Counted from the first letter of the stretch, positions 28,990 through 39,416 are shown. The stretch is 64,000 nucleotides of DNA from Candidatus Amesbacteria bacterium (GCA_027371535.1 DAHXMV010000001.1:172825-236824), one strand, 5' to 3'. Notes: a model not told the origin generated them from the sequence alone. Numbers and translations: made by a program.

Positions 28990-29983
28990 ATGGCTAACCA
29001 GGAGACTGCAGCTGAACAAAATATAGTCATATTCAATCGTGAATGCGGAAACACCTACCCGGAATCCGTGGAGCAGATAATGGTAGATTTATGGCCCGGG
29101 GCTATCGGATGCATGGGAATTGACCAGTTTGAAAAAAATCCACAGGCGGCTGCCGGATACAATCTGGTGGTCGGAGGGGGTGATGAAACCATCAGGAACG
29201 CTGCAAATAAAGCCAGACTTTACGGGTCAAAAATATATCCCCTGCACTTTGGTACAGCCGGATCCATACCTCAGGAATTTGGCTATAAAAGAACATTACA
29301 GGAGACCATCTATATGGCTAACCAGCAAACCCAAATTGAAGGGGTGAAAATGTACGTCCGCAGAATATTAAAACAGTTGAATAACAGGAAGGTTTTGGTA
29401 GAGATATCCCCGGGAACAGTAACTACAAGTGAGACTGAATATTTTGTCTGGTCGGCCGGTATCGGTAAAGGGGCCAAGGCCCTGGCTGATATCGACAGTT
29501 GGAGAAAAAAGGGCCTCAGGTATGAGATGAGGGTGTTAAGAGCTCTTTTGGAAGCGGCAGGCAGTTTCAGACAAAGCCGCGTACATGAGATGACTATTCC
29601 TGAAAAGGATCTACAAATACAGATTATAGAAGCCGAAATAATAAAAGATCCGTTCAATTCAATTGGCGGGGTGCCGATAGTGCCGAAAATACCGGGAAAT
29701 AAAGTCTTATTTATTGAAGCTCCGAATGAAAAAAACTTCACGGATAAATTTGTCAGAGTTTTTATAGACGGGGCTTTAATGATTTTCGGGAAACCCAGAA
29801 TGGCCGGGGGGAATAGAAATCTCCGAAACTTCAGGACAGGTGACTGTTTCAGGGAAACTAGAAAACATTCATGTGGATTCCAGTGTAAACATAAGACGCA
29901 GGGGTAATAAAATAGTTGTGATACCACAGCCAGACCCGGAAATCCTACCTAAATACCTGTTTTGGCGGAATACTGAATGCTAA
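28990..29983 (+). pseudogene. Diacylglycerol kinase-family-like protein, frameshifted at a G6 tract
   Basis: VGGGDETI, PLHFGT and SAGIG motifs. Removing one G at 29806-29811 gives ...IHVDS...NTEC-stop at 29983, abutting the convergent acyP stop. Confidence 0.55.
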
Positions 29984-30252
29984 TAAGCTTCAAAAAAGGG
30001 AAAGTTCCTTACCGGTCCTGTTTTGACTTTAAAATCTTTAATCTTAATCGGGGAAGGAATGGTTTTACACCATTCAACAAACTTTTCCAAATCACTGTTT
30101 TGGCCTTCTACTGCCAAACTCACACCTCCGTCCGGTTCATTCCTTACCCAACCGGTAAGATTAAGATTTTTGGCTTTTTGACTGCAGCTATAACGAAATC
30201 CAACACCCTGCACCCGGCCGGTGACGAAAATATCCAAATGAATTTTGAGCAT
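29980..30252 (-). CDS. acyP: Acylphosphatase
   Basis: VTGRVQGVGFR, GWVRNEPDG. Confidence 0.95.
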   Translation of the reverse strand: MLKIHLDIFVTGRVQGVGFRYSCSQKAKNLNLTGWVRNEPDGGVSLAVEGQNSDLEKFVEWCKTIPSPIKIKDFKVKTGPVRNFPFFEAY

Positions 30253-30258
30253 CAGATT

Positions 30259-30714
30259 TCAGACCGCCTGTAAAATTTCCCCCGCATGACCTTTGGGAGT
30301 GACGTGGGGAAAAACCTTATTTATTATACCTTTGGGATCTATCAGGTAAGTCATTCGCCTGGTTCCGGTAAATTCCCGGCCCATAAATTTTTTAGTGCCC
30401 CAGGCACCGTAATTTTGAATGACGGATTTGGATTCGTCACTTAGGAGGGGGAAATTGAGCTTATATTTACCGGAAAATCCGGCATGAGAAGTGACAGAAT
30501 CTTTAGATATTCCCAACACTATAATTTTTTTATCGGCCAGATCTTTGAAACTGTCTCTGAATTCACAGGCTTCCACGGTACAACCCGGGGTATCATCCCT
30601 GGGGTAAAAATAGACTACCACCCACCTGCCCCGATAATCACTTAACCGATGCAGTTTACCATCCTGATCGGGCAGGGAAAAATCCGGGGCATGGGTACCG
30701 ACAGCCGGTTCCAT
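30259..30714 (-). CDS. bcp: Thioredoxin-dependent peroxiredoxin Bcp
   Basis: YFYPRDDTPGCTVEACEFRD. Confidence 0.95.
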   Translation of the reverse strand: MEPAVGTHAPDFSLPDQDGKLHRLSDYRGRWVVVYFYPRDDTPGCTVEACEFRDSFKDLADKKIIVLGISKDSVTSHAGFSGKYKLNFPLLSDESKSVIQNYGAWGTKKFMGREFTGTRRMTYLIDPKGIINKVFPHVTPKGHAGEILQAV

Positions 30715-30726
30715 ATAATATTAAAC

Positions 30727-31320
30727 TCAGGATAACACAATTTTCATAATATAACCCGAACCTCTTAAAGTATAAATGAGAGGTTTATCATTAATACCAA
30801 CTTTAAGTTTACGCCGCAAATAACGAAATTAGGTTTCGATAATATTTGACATACCGGAATAATCATAATTCCAGATATTATCCATAATCCGCTGTTTGGT
30901 CAGGACTACATTTGGATGGCGCAGGAAGTACTCCAGTAAAGCAAATCCGCGGCCGGCGGCTTTTTTTCTGTCTAAAAATTTGCGGACTTTTTTAACCAAA
31001 CCGGTCAACGAAAAAGGCTTTGTCAGGTAATCATCCGCCCCGGCATTCAAAAAAGACACCGGCGAACAATGAAGATCTTCCGGAACCAATACCGGTACAG
31101 AAAAAGCAGGGTGTTCCCGACGCAGTCTGTGAAGGTAATCCAACAAATCTCCTCCGGCAATTTCCACATCGGCTATCAGCAGGTTGAATTTACCCACGCG
31201 GTTTACCGGAGGTAATTCATCCACCCGGAAGACCAGACAAATTCCGAAACCATCCGCCATCAAACCCCGCCTGATAAAATTAGCGATTTTGGCTTCCGAT
31301 TCGGCTACCAGAATATGCAT
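30727..31320 (-). pseudogene. OmpR-family response regulator pseudogene
   Basis: Degenerate receiver (GADDYLTKPF), linker missing, in-frame TAA at 30831-30829, then the frame continues FRYLRRKL...IYTLRGSGY to TGA at 30727. Confidence 0.8.
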
Positions 31321-31371
31321 ACAGGAAAAACAATTTAGGTGAAAAACTATGGGAATTCTGTGAGATTTTAA

Positions 31372-32568
31372 TCAACTCCACGAAATCAGATATACCACAG
31401 CTACCAAAAGTCCCAAACCCGCAGTTACCAAAAACCCGGTACTTAAAGACAGGGCGGTAATTACAAAACCCATGACCAGAGGTCCGGCAGTCTGACCAAT
31501 ATCCATCACAGAGCTGAGGGCACCTAAAAAACTACCCAGTTCATTTTGTCTGGAAAGTTCAGCTACCCGGGCGCTGGTGGCCACGGTCCCAAAAGACATC
31601 CCCAACCCAAATATCAATCCTATACCTACAAGAACAAAAAAATTACCCGAGACAGTAAACAAAGCGGCTGACAGACTTAAAACAAGCAGGCCGAATACAA
31701 TCTGCAAACGTTTATCAATCCGGTCTGCCAACCGCCCGAAAAACGGCTGGGTCAGGGCTATGCTAAAAACCTGAAGTGAAAAAATCAGGCCTATTTCAGC
31801 CGAAGCTATGCCTTTCGACGCCAGATAGAGCGGCAGAAAGGTTTCGTACACCCCGTATATAAAGTAGGTGATTAATTGAACCAGCGAGGTCATAAAAACC
31901 GGGCGGCTGTGACCAAAATCAACCAGGGTCAGTATCAGACTGCGGATATTAAAGCCGCCTGTTATCCGGATAGCAGGCGCTGTTTGACGGGGAATTAAGA
32001 CGGTAAATATCAATATCGGCAGAGAAAGCAAAAAGGCTGCCAAATAAACCAGCCGGAAATTTGCCAGATGCCCCCAATAGGCAAAATACTGGATGATAAA
32101 ACCTCCCAAAAGCGGAGCCAGCATCCGGCCAAAAAGGGTGGAGGATGAGTACAGACCCAGACCTTCAGCCCGGCGGTGCTCATAGACACTGACTATCAAG
32201 GCTGCGGCAATCGGGCCTAAAATGGCCGTGGCCAACCCGTGAAAAAACCTGACCGGCAGGAGCCACCAGGGATTGGTAACCAGGAGATAGAGCAGAGGGG
32301 CCAAAGTAAAAATAAAAGCTGCGACCAGCAGCAGTTTCTTTTTTCCCAGTTTATCGGCCAAAAAGCCGACCGGAAAGCTGAATAAAATTCCCGCCAAGGG
32401 CGAAAGTGCCGATAATATGCCCAGTAATGAAGTGTCTGCCCCCAGACTTTTGGCAAACAGCGGCAGAACGGGATTTTTGGAGATGGTGGTGGAAAAAATC
32501 CCGAAAAAACCAATCAGACAAAGCAAATAAATAATTTGTTTATTATGATCCGAGGTTTTTTCCGACAC
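31372..32568 (-). CDS. MFS transporter
   Basis: 12 TM helices; GFLADKLGKK and GRLADRIDKR motif A; GTG start. Confidence 0.92.
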   Translation of the reverse strand: MSEKTSDHNKQIIYLLCLIGFFGIFSTTISKNPVLPLFAKSLGADTSLLGILSALSPLAGILFSFPVGFLADKLGKKKLLLVAAFIFTLAPLLYLLVTNPWWLLPVRFFHGLATAILGPIAAALIVSVYEHRRAEGLGLYSSSTLFGRMLAPLLGGFIIQYFAYWGHLANFRLVYLAAFLLSLPILIFTVLIPRQTAPAIRITGGFNIRSLILTLVDFGHSRPVFMTSLVQLITYFIYGVYETFLPLYLASKGIASAEIGLIFSLQVFSIALTQPFFGRLADRIDKRLQIVFGLLVLSLSAALFTVSGNFFVLVGIGLIFGLGMSFGTVATSARVAELSRQNELGSFLGALSSVMDIGQTAGPLVMGFVITALSLSTGFLVTAGLGLLVAVVYLISWS

Positions 32569-32701
32569 AGTCAGATTATGCCAGCTTTATATATCAGAAT
32601 AAATAACCTATAATTATTTATGGTTAAAAAAGAAAAAGATGACCTTTCCAGAATTTTTAAAATCTTTTGGGAAAACCCAATCATTAAACCGGTGAAATAC
32701 A

Positions 32702-32941
32702 CTATTTCTCGAGGTCTTTTTTCATTTCTTCAAATTGTTTTTTATCAATTTCCCCTTTGGCATAGCGCTCCTTCAGAATATCCAAGGGAGTTTTTTCGGG
32801 TCCTTCTGTCCATGGATGGTGACCCGAATACATGAATAATCTGTAAAACAGAAATATTAACACCAGCCAAAATAGTACAGCGGGGATAAGGCTCAATAAA
32901 CTCCAACCTCCCCAAGGATAATACCAGCTATATCTCATCAT
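32702..32941 (-). CDS. SHOCT domain small membrane protein
   Basis: TM helix plus PLDILKERYAKGEIDKKQFEEMKKDL. Confidence 0.88.
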   Translation of the reverse strand: MMRYSWYYPWGGWSLLSLIPAVLFWLVLIFLFYRLFMYSGHHPWTEGPEKTPLDILKERYAKGEIDKKQFEEMKKDLEK

Positions 32942-33129
32942 AGTTTCCGATTAAACCACAACAAACTGAGAAAAGGCTGACAGATGATTTGAATATTCCG
33001 GAATAGAATTACTAAAACCAGGAAGGAACAAATCGCCGAAGGCGGTGAATGATTCAGGGCAAAAACAATTAGTGGCTGTTGCCATACGACTAACGGCCAG
33101 AAAAACGGGAAAATACCGGATCACTCAAC

Positions 33130-33552
33130 TTATGGGCGGGGTTGCTTCTGGGTTTCGAAAACTTCGCGGAGAGTTTTCCTGGCTTCAGCAACTATTTTCG
33201 GACTCACATGATCCGGTAAACGGACTACAATACAGACGGGATTCTTACCCTGGAGCAAAAATTGGAAAGATCTATTTGAGCCCATAAACAAAACATTTTT
33301 ATTTTGGTGATGAATTACAGTCACCGGGACATCCGTGCCATACCGCCGACTAAACAGCTCTTCCGCTTCTTCCAGGACGCATTCTTCCAGGGCGGCAATA
33401 AATAAATTTTCGGGAAGTATTTCCTGCCGGTAGACTAAGGTATTGTCCGGATCAAGATCGTAAAGCTCCAAAACGGAATTTACCGACCCTTTGACCCGGT
33501 TTTTCCATTCTTCATCTGCCACATCGGCCAATAAAACATCAAGATCGGTCAT
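33130..33552 (-). CDS. Hypothetical protein, weak ParB/Srx-like resemblance
   Basis: 140-aa ORF with its own -10 element; VPVTV...LFMGSNR segment. Confidence 0.5.
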   Translation of the reverse strand: MTDLDVLLADVADEEWKNRVKGSVNSVLELYDLDPDNTLVYRQEILPENLFIAALEECVLEEAEELFSRRYGTDVPVTVIHHQNKNVLFMGSNRSFQFLLQGKNPVCIVVRLPDHVSPKIVAEARKTLREVFETQKQPRP

Positions 33553-33584
33553 ACGGTTTTAGTTTAACACATAACGATTCAAAT

Positions 33585-35147
33585 TTACTCTTCGAACACC
33601 TGAGTCTGAAAGACGGAAATGACCGACTGCGGATCTTTGTAACAGTCAGCAGGCAATCCGGCCTTTTGCAGGCAAAGCTGTTCCAAAAAGGCGGTTTCAT
33701 CCCAGTGATTTTCCGCGGCTACCTGGGGGAGAAAAGTGCCTGCATGCCGGCCATTTTGAATTACCACCCCATCCCGGCCATAACGGATCATCCGCCAGGA
33801 AGAAATTTGTTTGGGCGGGGTCATGACGGATAATTCAATGTGAACCCGGTCCAGATCGCTTTTTGGCAGCGGATCAAATCTGGGATCCTGAGCAGCGGAT
33901 TTAACAATAGTCCGCTGAATAACCCGGTATAAAGGATCCGCGGGTTCAAACTCACCGATACAGCCGCGCAGTTGTCCGTTTTGGGTAAGAGTCACAAATA
34001 CCCCCAGGGGTTTTAACAGATCGGGGTTTTTGGGTTTTTCCGAACGGAATTTTTTACCGTTTAAATAATCCGCCAGGGCCTGCCGGGCTATTGTAACCGC
34101 TTCTTTCTCGGCAGGCCGGGAGAGGATGATTTTCGGCGATTCCAATTGATCTTTTACCCCAACAACCGCACCATATCCGACTACCCGGGCAGGATCACCT
34201 CCCGGAATATCTCCGGAATTGGCATATTTAACCAACTGAAAATCGGTAATATTTAATTTTGCCGCCACCAATAAGGCGATTTTTATGGCTTCCTGACCGC
34301 AGGCACTGGTAGCCAGATTTGAATAATTTTTGTCAGCTTGTTTATCGATGACCTGTGTAAATTTCCCAACCTCTCCCGTAAGGATGGCTGCCAGAGTCTG
34401 GTGGTCAACGATATTTGCCGTTTGCCGGTCGGGATAATGCGACAGGTCAGTACTGACCACCAGTAAAGTATCGTCATCAAAATTATCGGCAATGGCAGCA
34501 GCTAATTGATCCCGCAGGGTTTCTGAGGGCTGGCTGACTAAAATGGGAACTATGGTAAAGTCTTTCATTACAGACTGCAAAAAGATCAACTCCATTTCCA
34601 GAGAATGTTCATTTAAATGAACCGAGGCATCTGACCGGATGCCGATAGCGGGATTGATCAAATATGCTGCCAAAGCGGCATTGACGGGGATATCCCCCAG
34701 CGGGGTGCGCCAGACACCGTCGGGAAAAACAGCTGCCTCGGTAAAAGCATAATTATGGCTGGGACCTAAAAGGATGATTTTGGAATATTTAAACCCTTGA
34801 AGCTGGTCAAAACCGGCCGCAGCCACATAACCAGCATATTCAATACCGGCATGGGGAACAATCAGGATCCGGGGTTTTTGGGTGACGGTTTTTTTGGCCC
34901 CGGCCAAATCAATACGCATGACTGCCCGGAGGGATATGGGGTCGCCGGGATAAAAAGAACCCGAAACGGCGGGGTCTCTGATAACTGCGGCCGCATCCGG
35001 GTTTTGAGAGTTCGGAGCAAAACTGAGACCGGACTGGGGAGAAATGGTATTCCGGGGAGAGTTTTTTTTAAAAATTAAAAACCATATCAGAAAGACGGCG
35101 ACAACCAAAACCGACAAAACAGCTAAAGGTTCCCTGGAAGCCCCCAT
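33585..35147 (-). CDS. AmmeMemoRadiSam protein B (Memo) - protein A (AMMECR1) fusion with an N-terminal TM anchor
   Basis: PAVSGSFYP, VPHAG, EHSLE, STDLSHY, ACG; GVFVTL..GQLRGCIG, DPRF, GTFLPQVA. Confidence 0.9.
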   Translation of the reverse strand: MGASREPLAVLSVLVVAVFLIWFLIFKKNSPRNTISPQSGLSFAPNSQNPDAAAVIRDPAVSGSFYPGDPISLRAVMRIDLAGAKKTVTQKPRILIVPHAGIEYAGYVAAAGFDQLQGFKYSKIILLGPSHNYAFTEAAVFPDGVWRTPLGDIPVNAALAAYLINPAIGIRSDASVHLNEHSLEMELIFLQSVMKDFTIVPILVSQPSETLRDQLAAAIADNFDDDTLLVVSTDLSHYPDRQTANIVDHQTLAAILTGEVGKFTQVIDKQADKNYSNLATSACGQEAIKIALLVAAKLNITDFQLVKYANSGDIPGGDPARVVGYGAVVGVKDQLESPKIILSRPAEKEAVTIARQALADYLNGKKFRSEKPKNPDLLKPLGVFVTLTQNGQLRGCIGEFEPADPLYRVIQRTIVKSAAQDPRFDPLPKSDLDRVHIELSVMTPPKQISSWRMIRYGRDGVVIQNGRHAGTFLPQVAAENHWDETAFLEQLCLQKAGLPADCYKDPQSVISVFQTQVFEE

Positions 35148-35170
35148 TGAAAATAATTATAACCCCCGCG

Positions 35171-36361
35171 TTAACAATAATTATTTTTTTGACAAAATGA
35201 TTCCAAACGGTCAAAAGCCAGATTAATTATCTGCGGACCGGCGGAAAAAGACAGGCGTAAATGTCCCTTGCCGGACGGACCCATACTATCACCGGGAATG
35301 GTGATGACTTGAGCCTCATCAACCAGGCGTTTGGCCAAATCCAGGGCAGATAAACCGGGAGGTAGGATTCTGGGAAAAAGATAAAAAGATCCATGAGGCG
35401 GATTGAAGGCAAAAAGTTTTGACAGAGATGCCATCCGCTGACAGATAACTTCCCGGCTTTTGGTAATTTCAGATTTAAATTCTTTCATCGCCCCCTGACC
35501 GCGGGGATCATTCAAAACAATCGTCGCAGCCACGATGGAAATTGTGGCGGGGTTAAGGGAAAAGTGCAGGTGAATGCTGGATATCTTTCTGATAATTTCA
35601 GGATCAGCCACCACATAACCGATTCGCCAGCCGGTCATGGCAAATTCTTTGGAAAAACTTTTGGAGAGGATAATTCTTTGCCGAAGTTCGGGTATGAACA
35701 TCGGACTATAAAGTTCCCGGTCATAGGTCAGGTAAGCATAAGCTTCATCAACCACCAAATATAAATTATGCTTCAGGATAATACGGGAGAGTTGTTCAAC
35801 CTGTTCCCGGGAAAGGACGGTGCCGGTGGGATTATTGGGGTTTGTCAGAATCACAGCTTTGGTTTTGGGGGTGACGGCAGCGGTTAATTTGTCCATATCC
35901 GGGGACCAATCGCGTTTTTCATCCAGGGGAACAAAGACCGGTTTGGCCTGGGCCAGGGCCAGCTGGGACAGATGCAGGGGGTAGCCGGGGTCAAAATAAA
36001 TGACCTCGTCTCCCGGTTCCAAAATAGACATCAAAGAGGCAAACAAACCCCCGATGCCGCCCAAAGTCAGATAGATCTGATTGCGGTCCGGTGTAAATCC
36101 GTATTTTTCCGATATATCTTTAATCAAAAGTTCTTTTAAAGGAGACTGAATCTTATCGTTTTCGGAGTTGTACGAACCCAAGAGCGGATCGGTTTTGGAT
36201 CTGGCATATAATTCGTCATAAACAAATTGCGGGGTTTTAAACTGAGGAGCACCCTGGCCAAGAGAAATGACGTCAGAATAGCGGGCGGCGTAACTCATGA
36301 TGGTGCCGATGCCGGAATCGGGGACATCCGCCACACGGCGGGAAAAATTATAATTGCCCAT
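35171..36361 (-). CDS. Class I/II PLP-dependent aminotransferase
   Basis: NPNNPTG, DEAY, SFSKEFAMTGWRIGY. Confidence 0.93.
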   Translation of the reverse strand: MGNYNFSRRVADVPDSGIGTIMSYAARYSDVISLGQGAPQFKTPQFVYDELYARSKTDPLLGSYNSENDKIQSPLKELLIKDISEKYGFTPDRNQIYLTLGGIGGLFASLMSILEPGDEVIYFDPGYPLHLSQLALAQAKPVFVPLDEKRDWSPDMDKLTAAVTPKTKAVILTNPNNPTGTVLSREQVEQLSRIILKHNLYLVVDEAYAYLTYDRELYSPMFIPELRQRIILSKSFSKEFAMTGWRIGYVVADPEIIRKISSIHLHFSLNPATISIVAATIVLNDPRGQGAMKEFKSEITKSREVICQRMASLSKLFAFNPPHGSFYLFPRILPPGLSALDLAKRLVDEAQVITIPGDSMGPSGKGHLRLSFSAGPQIINLAFDRLESFCQKNNYC

Positions 36362-36387
36362 GTTTATCTCTATTTTAGCAAAAGGCC

Positions 36388-38283
36388 TCAGGGGACGCAG
36401 GCAGAAGTGCCGGTAAAGCTCTTTGTACCGTCCGGGCGGGTGCAGTAAGTTCCGACATTGACCAACCTCTGACTGCCACAGGTAACATATACCTGGGGGC
36501 TACTTAGCCAACTGGTAGAGCACAACTGGTTATTGGCGGGGCACCAGTTATACCCACTGAAACCATAACCGGTATACCAGGTGCTCGAAGTACATCCGGG
36601 TGAAGCAGTGACGTTGACAGTGACATAATTTGACCATGGTATTTGGACAGGATTGATACGGGTTTCTCCGCTGACAGCTTCGTTTGGCACCCAGATTCTA
36701 AAAGGAGAATAATAAGTTCCGACTCCACCGGGGTTTGATACTCTGACCAAGCCATTATCTACCCACAGCCACTTACGGCCATTACCAGATTCCAGATAAC
36801 CGGTATAGGGGGGAGAAACTCTCAGATAATATCCCTGATTTTGGCCGACGGAAACCGCGGAAGAATAATTAACCCCGTCGGAGCTGACCTGGACAGTTAA
36901 CTGCGGGTTCTGAAAATAATTTTTTAACTTCATGACAAAACTGGGATTTTGGATGGTGTCATCCCAGCAGTCGCTATCAGACGCACACATCGGCGAGTAT
37001 TGGTTTGCCGCACCGGCATAGCGATTAAAAGTTTTTGAGATCATCTGGACCAAACCGATACCTTTGACATAATACCAGGATTCTCTGTTGGCCATATCGG
37101 TATAAGCAGTCTTGAATCCTTCATAGTAGTCTATCCGCAGGGCTTCACCGGAATAATTAAACTGACCCGGGCCATAATTAATATTCACATAATCTTTATC
37201 GACACGAATTTTCCAGGAGCCCAGATAGTTCGGATCGGGGTTGGTGACCAACATCGTCGGGACGTAAGGAATTCCGGCCTGTACAGGATAATAAGAAGTC
37301 CCCTTCTGGTAATTAATGTATGGCAAAGCAGCTGTTTTGGGAGCCAGATTGTATGAGGGGTACTGAGTACCGGTATTTTTGTAAACGTGCGAACCTAACT
37401 CGCCGGAAAAATTGATGTCATGCCAGCCCCAGGAAGTGTCCGGCCGGCTGTAATTGGTGTCAGCAAAACCCCAGATAAAATTATTGTAACCGGGTATGGG
37501 AGAATAATAGAAGTTGGGGTCGGTAATAAACCAGCGCAGATCACGTTTGCCATCGTTGACTCCGGGAATGACGGCCGCCCAGTAAAGGTTGGGGTTGGTT
37601 TTGGTATAACGCCAGGGAATGATATTGATGCCGCTTTTGGAAATTTCCTGCTCCATCTGAATCCGGGTGGTCCCGGTAGTACCGGTCAAATTGTCGGTAC
37701 TATCATAAAGATAGGTATAGCCCGGTTTATAAACAATATAATCAGTCATGTTATAAACCGGCCGGGAGTTGGTCAGTGTGCCGGTAAAGGTAATTCTGGC
37801 GGGATTGCTCCAGTCATAAGCAGTCCCGGCCGGCCGGACCCGAAAATTAGTTGAGAAGTTATTTGGCCATGGGCCATCCAGATCAATCCGGGCAATTCCC
37901 TGCTGATTTGACCGGTAAGTCCCCCAGTTGGCGGTGGTAATCCAGCCGCTACAATTATTACCCGCCCCGTCACATCTTTGGGATAAAACATCAAAATTGG
38001 CGGAACACGGCTGGCCACCGGAGGTCACATGAACATAGTATTTTGTAGGCACGCCAGATGGCAGGGAAATACTGCCGGACGGGGTCTTGCCATCTGCGGA
38101 GACCTGCAAAAGGATATAACCGCAAGAGGCAGCCCGGCTTTTGAATATCTGTTTGCGGAAGACGCCAAAAGTGATTCCCAAAGCCAAAATCACCAGCAGA
38201 GATATCAAAAAGAAGATTTGTTTGGAGAATTCGGATCTTTTGACCACTAGACAGAGAGTGACATATTTTTTATAACCAGTCAA
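36388..38283 (-). CDS. Large exported hypothetical protein with a Cys-rich C-terminus (start uncertain)
   Basis: N-terminal TM/signal, beta-rich aromatic composition, RESWYYVKGIGLV, six Cys in the last ~70 aa. Confidence 0.65.
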   Translation of the reverse strand: MTGYKKYVTLCLVVKRSEFSKQIFFLISLLVILALGITFGVFRKQIFKSRAASCGYILLQVSADGKTPSGSISLPSGVPTKYYVHVTSGGQPCSANFDVLSQRCDGAGNNCSGWITTANWGTYRSNQQGIARIDLDGPWPNNFSTNFRVRPAGTAYDWSNPARITFTGTLTNSRPVYNMTDYIVYKPGYTYLYDSTDNLTGTTGTTRIQMEQEISKSGINIIPWRYTKTNPNLYWAAVIPGVNDGKRDLRWFITDPNFYYSPIPGYNNFIWGFADTNYSRPDTSWGWHDINFSGELGSHVYKNTGTQYPSYNLAPKTAALPYINYQKGTSYYPVQAGIPYVPTMLVTNPDPNYLGSWKIRVDKDYVNINYGPGQFNYSGEALRIDYYEGFKTAYTDMANRESWYYVKGIGLVQMISKTFNRYAGAANQYSPMCASDSDCWDDTIQNPSFVMKLKNYFQNPQLTVQVSSDGVNYSSAVSVGQNQGYYLRVSPPYTGYLESGNGRKWLWVDNGLVRVSNPGGVGTYYSPFRIWVPNEAVSGETRINPVQIPWSNYVTVNVTASPGCTSSTWYTGYGFSGYNWCPANNQLCSTSWLSSPQVYVTCGSQRLVNVGTYCTRPDGTKSFTGTSACVP

Positions 38284-38298
38284 GGGAAGAACATAAAC

Positions 38299-38910
38299 TT
38301 ATAGCAGTAGCCTGATGTGATCTTTATCGATAAGAATAGCCTGGCTTTCATTGATTTTGGTCAGACGGAATTTTTGTCCGAAATCCCGACAGATGCCGTC
38401 TATTATCTCCTGATATTTGGGATTATCCGCATGGGGCACGGGTACAAAATCCACCAAACCCAGACCCCGATAGTCATTTAGTTTGGGGCCCAGATGCCGA
38501 TGGTCAAAATAAGTATCAATTTCCACATCCGGCCCGGCCAATACCGAGCCTGCGCTGGCCCCGATATAAATTTTTCCCTCATCCAGCAAATTTTTTATAA
38601 TCTGATCAAAACCGCTTTTTTTCACCTCATTAAGCAAATAGCTGGTGGTGCCTCCGGAAACAAATATTAAATCTTTGGACCGGAGTTTATTTAATAATTT
38701 GTCTTTGGAATAAGCTTTTAAATCAATGTCTGCGACAGAAAAACCCAGATCGAGAAATTTCTGCCGGTCGGCTGCCAACCAGGGTTTTTCGGAATATAAA
38801 TCAGCCGCGGTGGGGATGAAAGCCACGGATAATTCCCGGGGAGGTGCGGGCAGATAAGGAAGCAGCAATTGTAAAGTTCTTGAAGCCTGAGAAGTCAGAA
38901 ATACAGTCAT
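38299..38910 (-). CDS. Peptidase S51 (dipeptidase E-like)
   Basis: AFIPTA, FVSGGTT, YIGASAGS, VPH; start MTVFL at 38910. Confidence 0.88.
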   Translation of the reverse strand: MTVFLTSQASRTLQLLLPYLPAPPRELSVAFIPTAADLYSEKPWLAADRQKFLDLGFSVADIDLKAYSKDKLLNKLRSKDLIFVSGGTTSYLLNEVKKSGFDQIIKNLLDEGKIYIGASAGSVLAGPDVEIDTYFDHRHLGPKLNDYRGLGLVDFVPVPHADNPKYQEIIDGICRDFGQKFRLTKINESQAILIDKDHIRLLL

Positions 38911-38931
38911 TAGAATATAGTTTATATCAGG

Positions 38932-39135
38932 CGTCAAGTAACCCTTTTCTTAGACCGGTTTTTCTAAACACGCTTGGAGTTGATGGTAATACCGGAGTTT
39001 GAATTTTGTGGGAGGCATTTTCAGGGTAGTGTGAATCCTTTTGTGGTTGTAATAGTTAATAGCCTGATAGATAGCTTCCACCAGTTCTCCGAGGGTGCCG
39101 AAACGATCAAATTCCAACCCTAAATCAGTCATAAA
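38932..39135 (-). mobile_element. IS3-family remnant (integrase core C-terminus and right end)
   Basis: GELVEAIYQAINYYNHKRIHTTLKMPP; terminus GTCTAAGAAAAGGGTTACTTGACG resembles an IS3 right end. Confidence 0.7.
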
Positions 39136-39163
39136 GATAACCCACAACCTTACGGTCGGGGAT

Positions 39164-39390
39164 TCAAGTTAGGTTGGTTGAATTAAACCCGTTATTTCCC
39201 ATCAAGGCCAACAGGTTAAAATGGCCCATCAGAGGGTTATTAATGATGTATGACAATTCGTCCCAGACGAAACTATTGGCCAAAATATGAATATAAATTA
39301 CAAACCCGATGAGGATAAAAAAAGGACGGCTTTTTTAACAGTCAGCGGACGGAACCAGTCGTTTTGAGTGGAATCTTTGGCACCAGGCAC
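39164..39390 (-). pseudogene. 5' fragment of a TMTC-like GT-C glycosyltransferase gene
   Basis: TATAAT-6nt-GTG start. After a slip in a T run it reads FILIGFVIYIHILANSFVWDELSYIINNP and is then truncated next to the IS3 remnant. Confidence 0.6.
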
Positions 39391-39416
39391 AAGGCTATTA
39401 TAAGACGACCGGCGGG

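Noticed and set aside
32950-33129. Short ORFs and a hairpin between the SHOCT gene and 33130
   Set aside because: No recognisable motif or convincing start signal.
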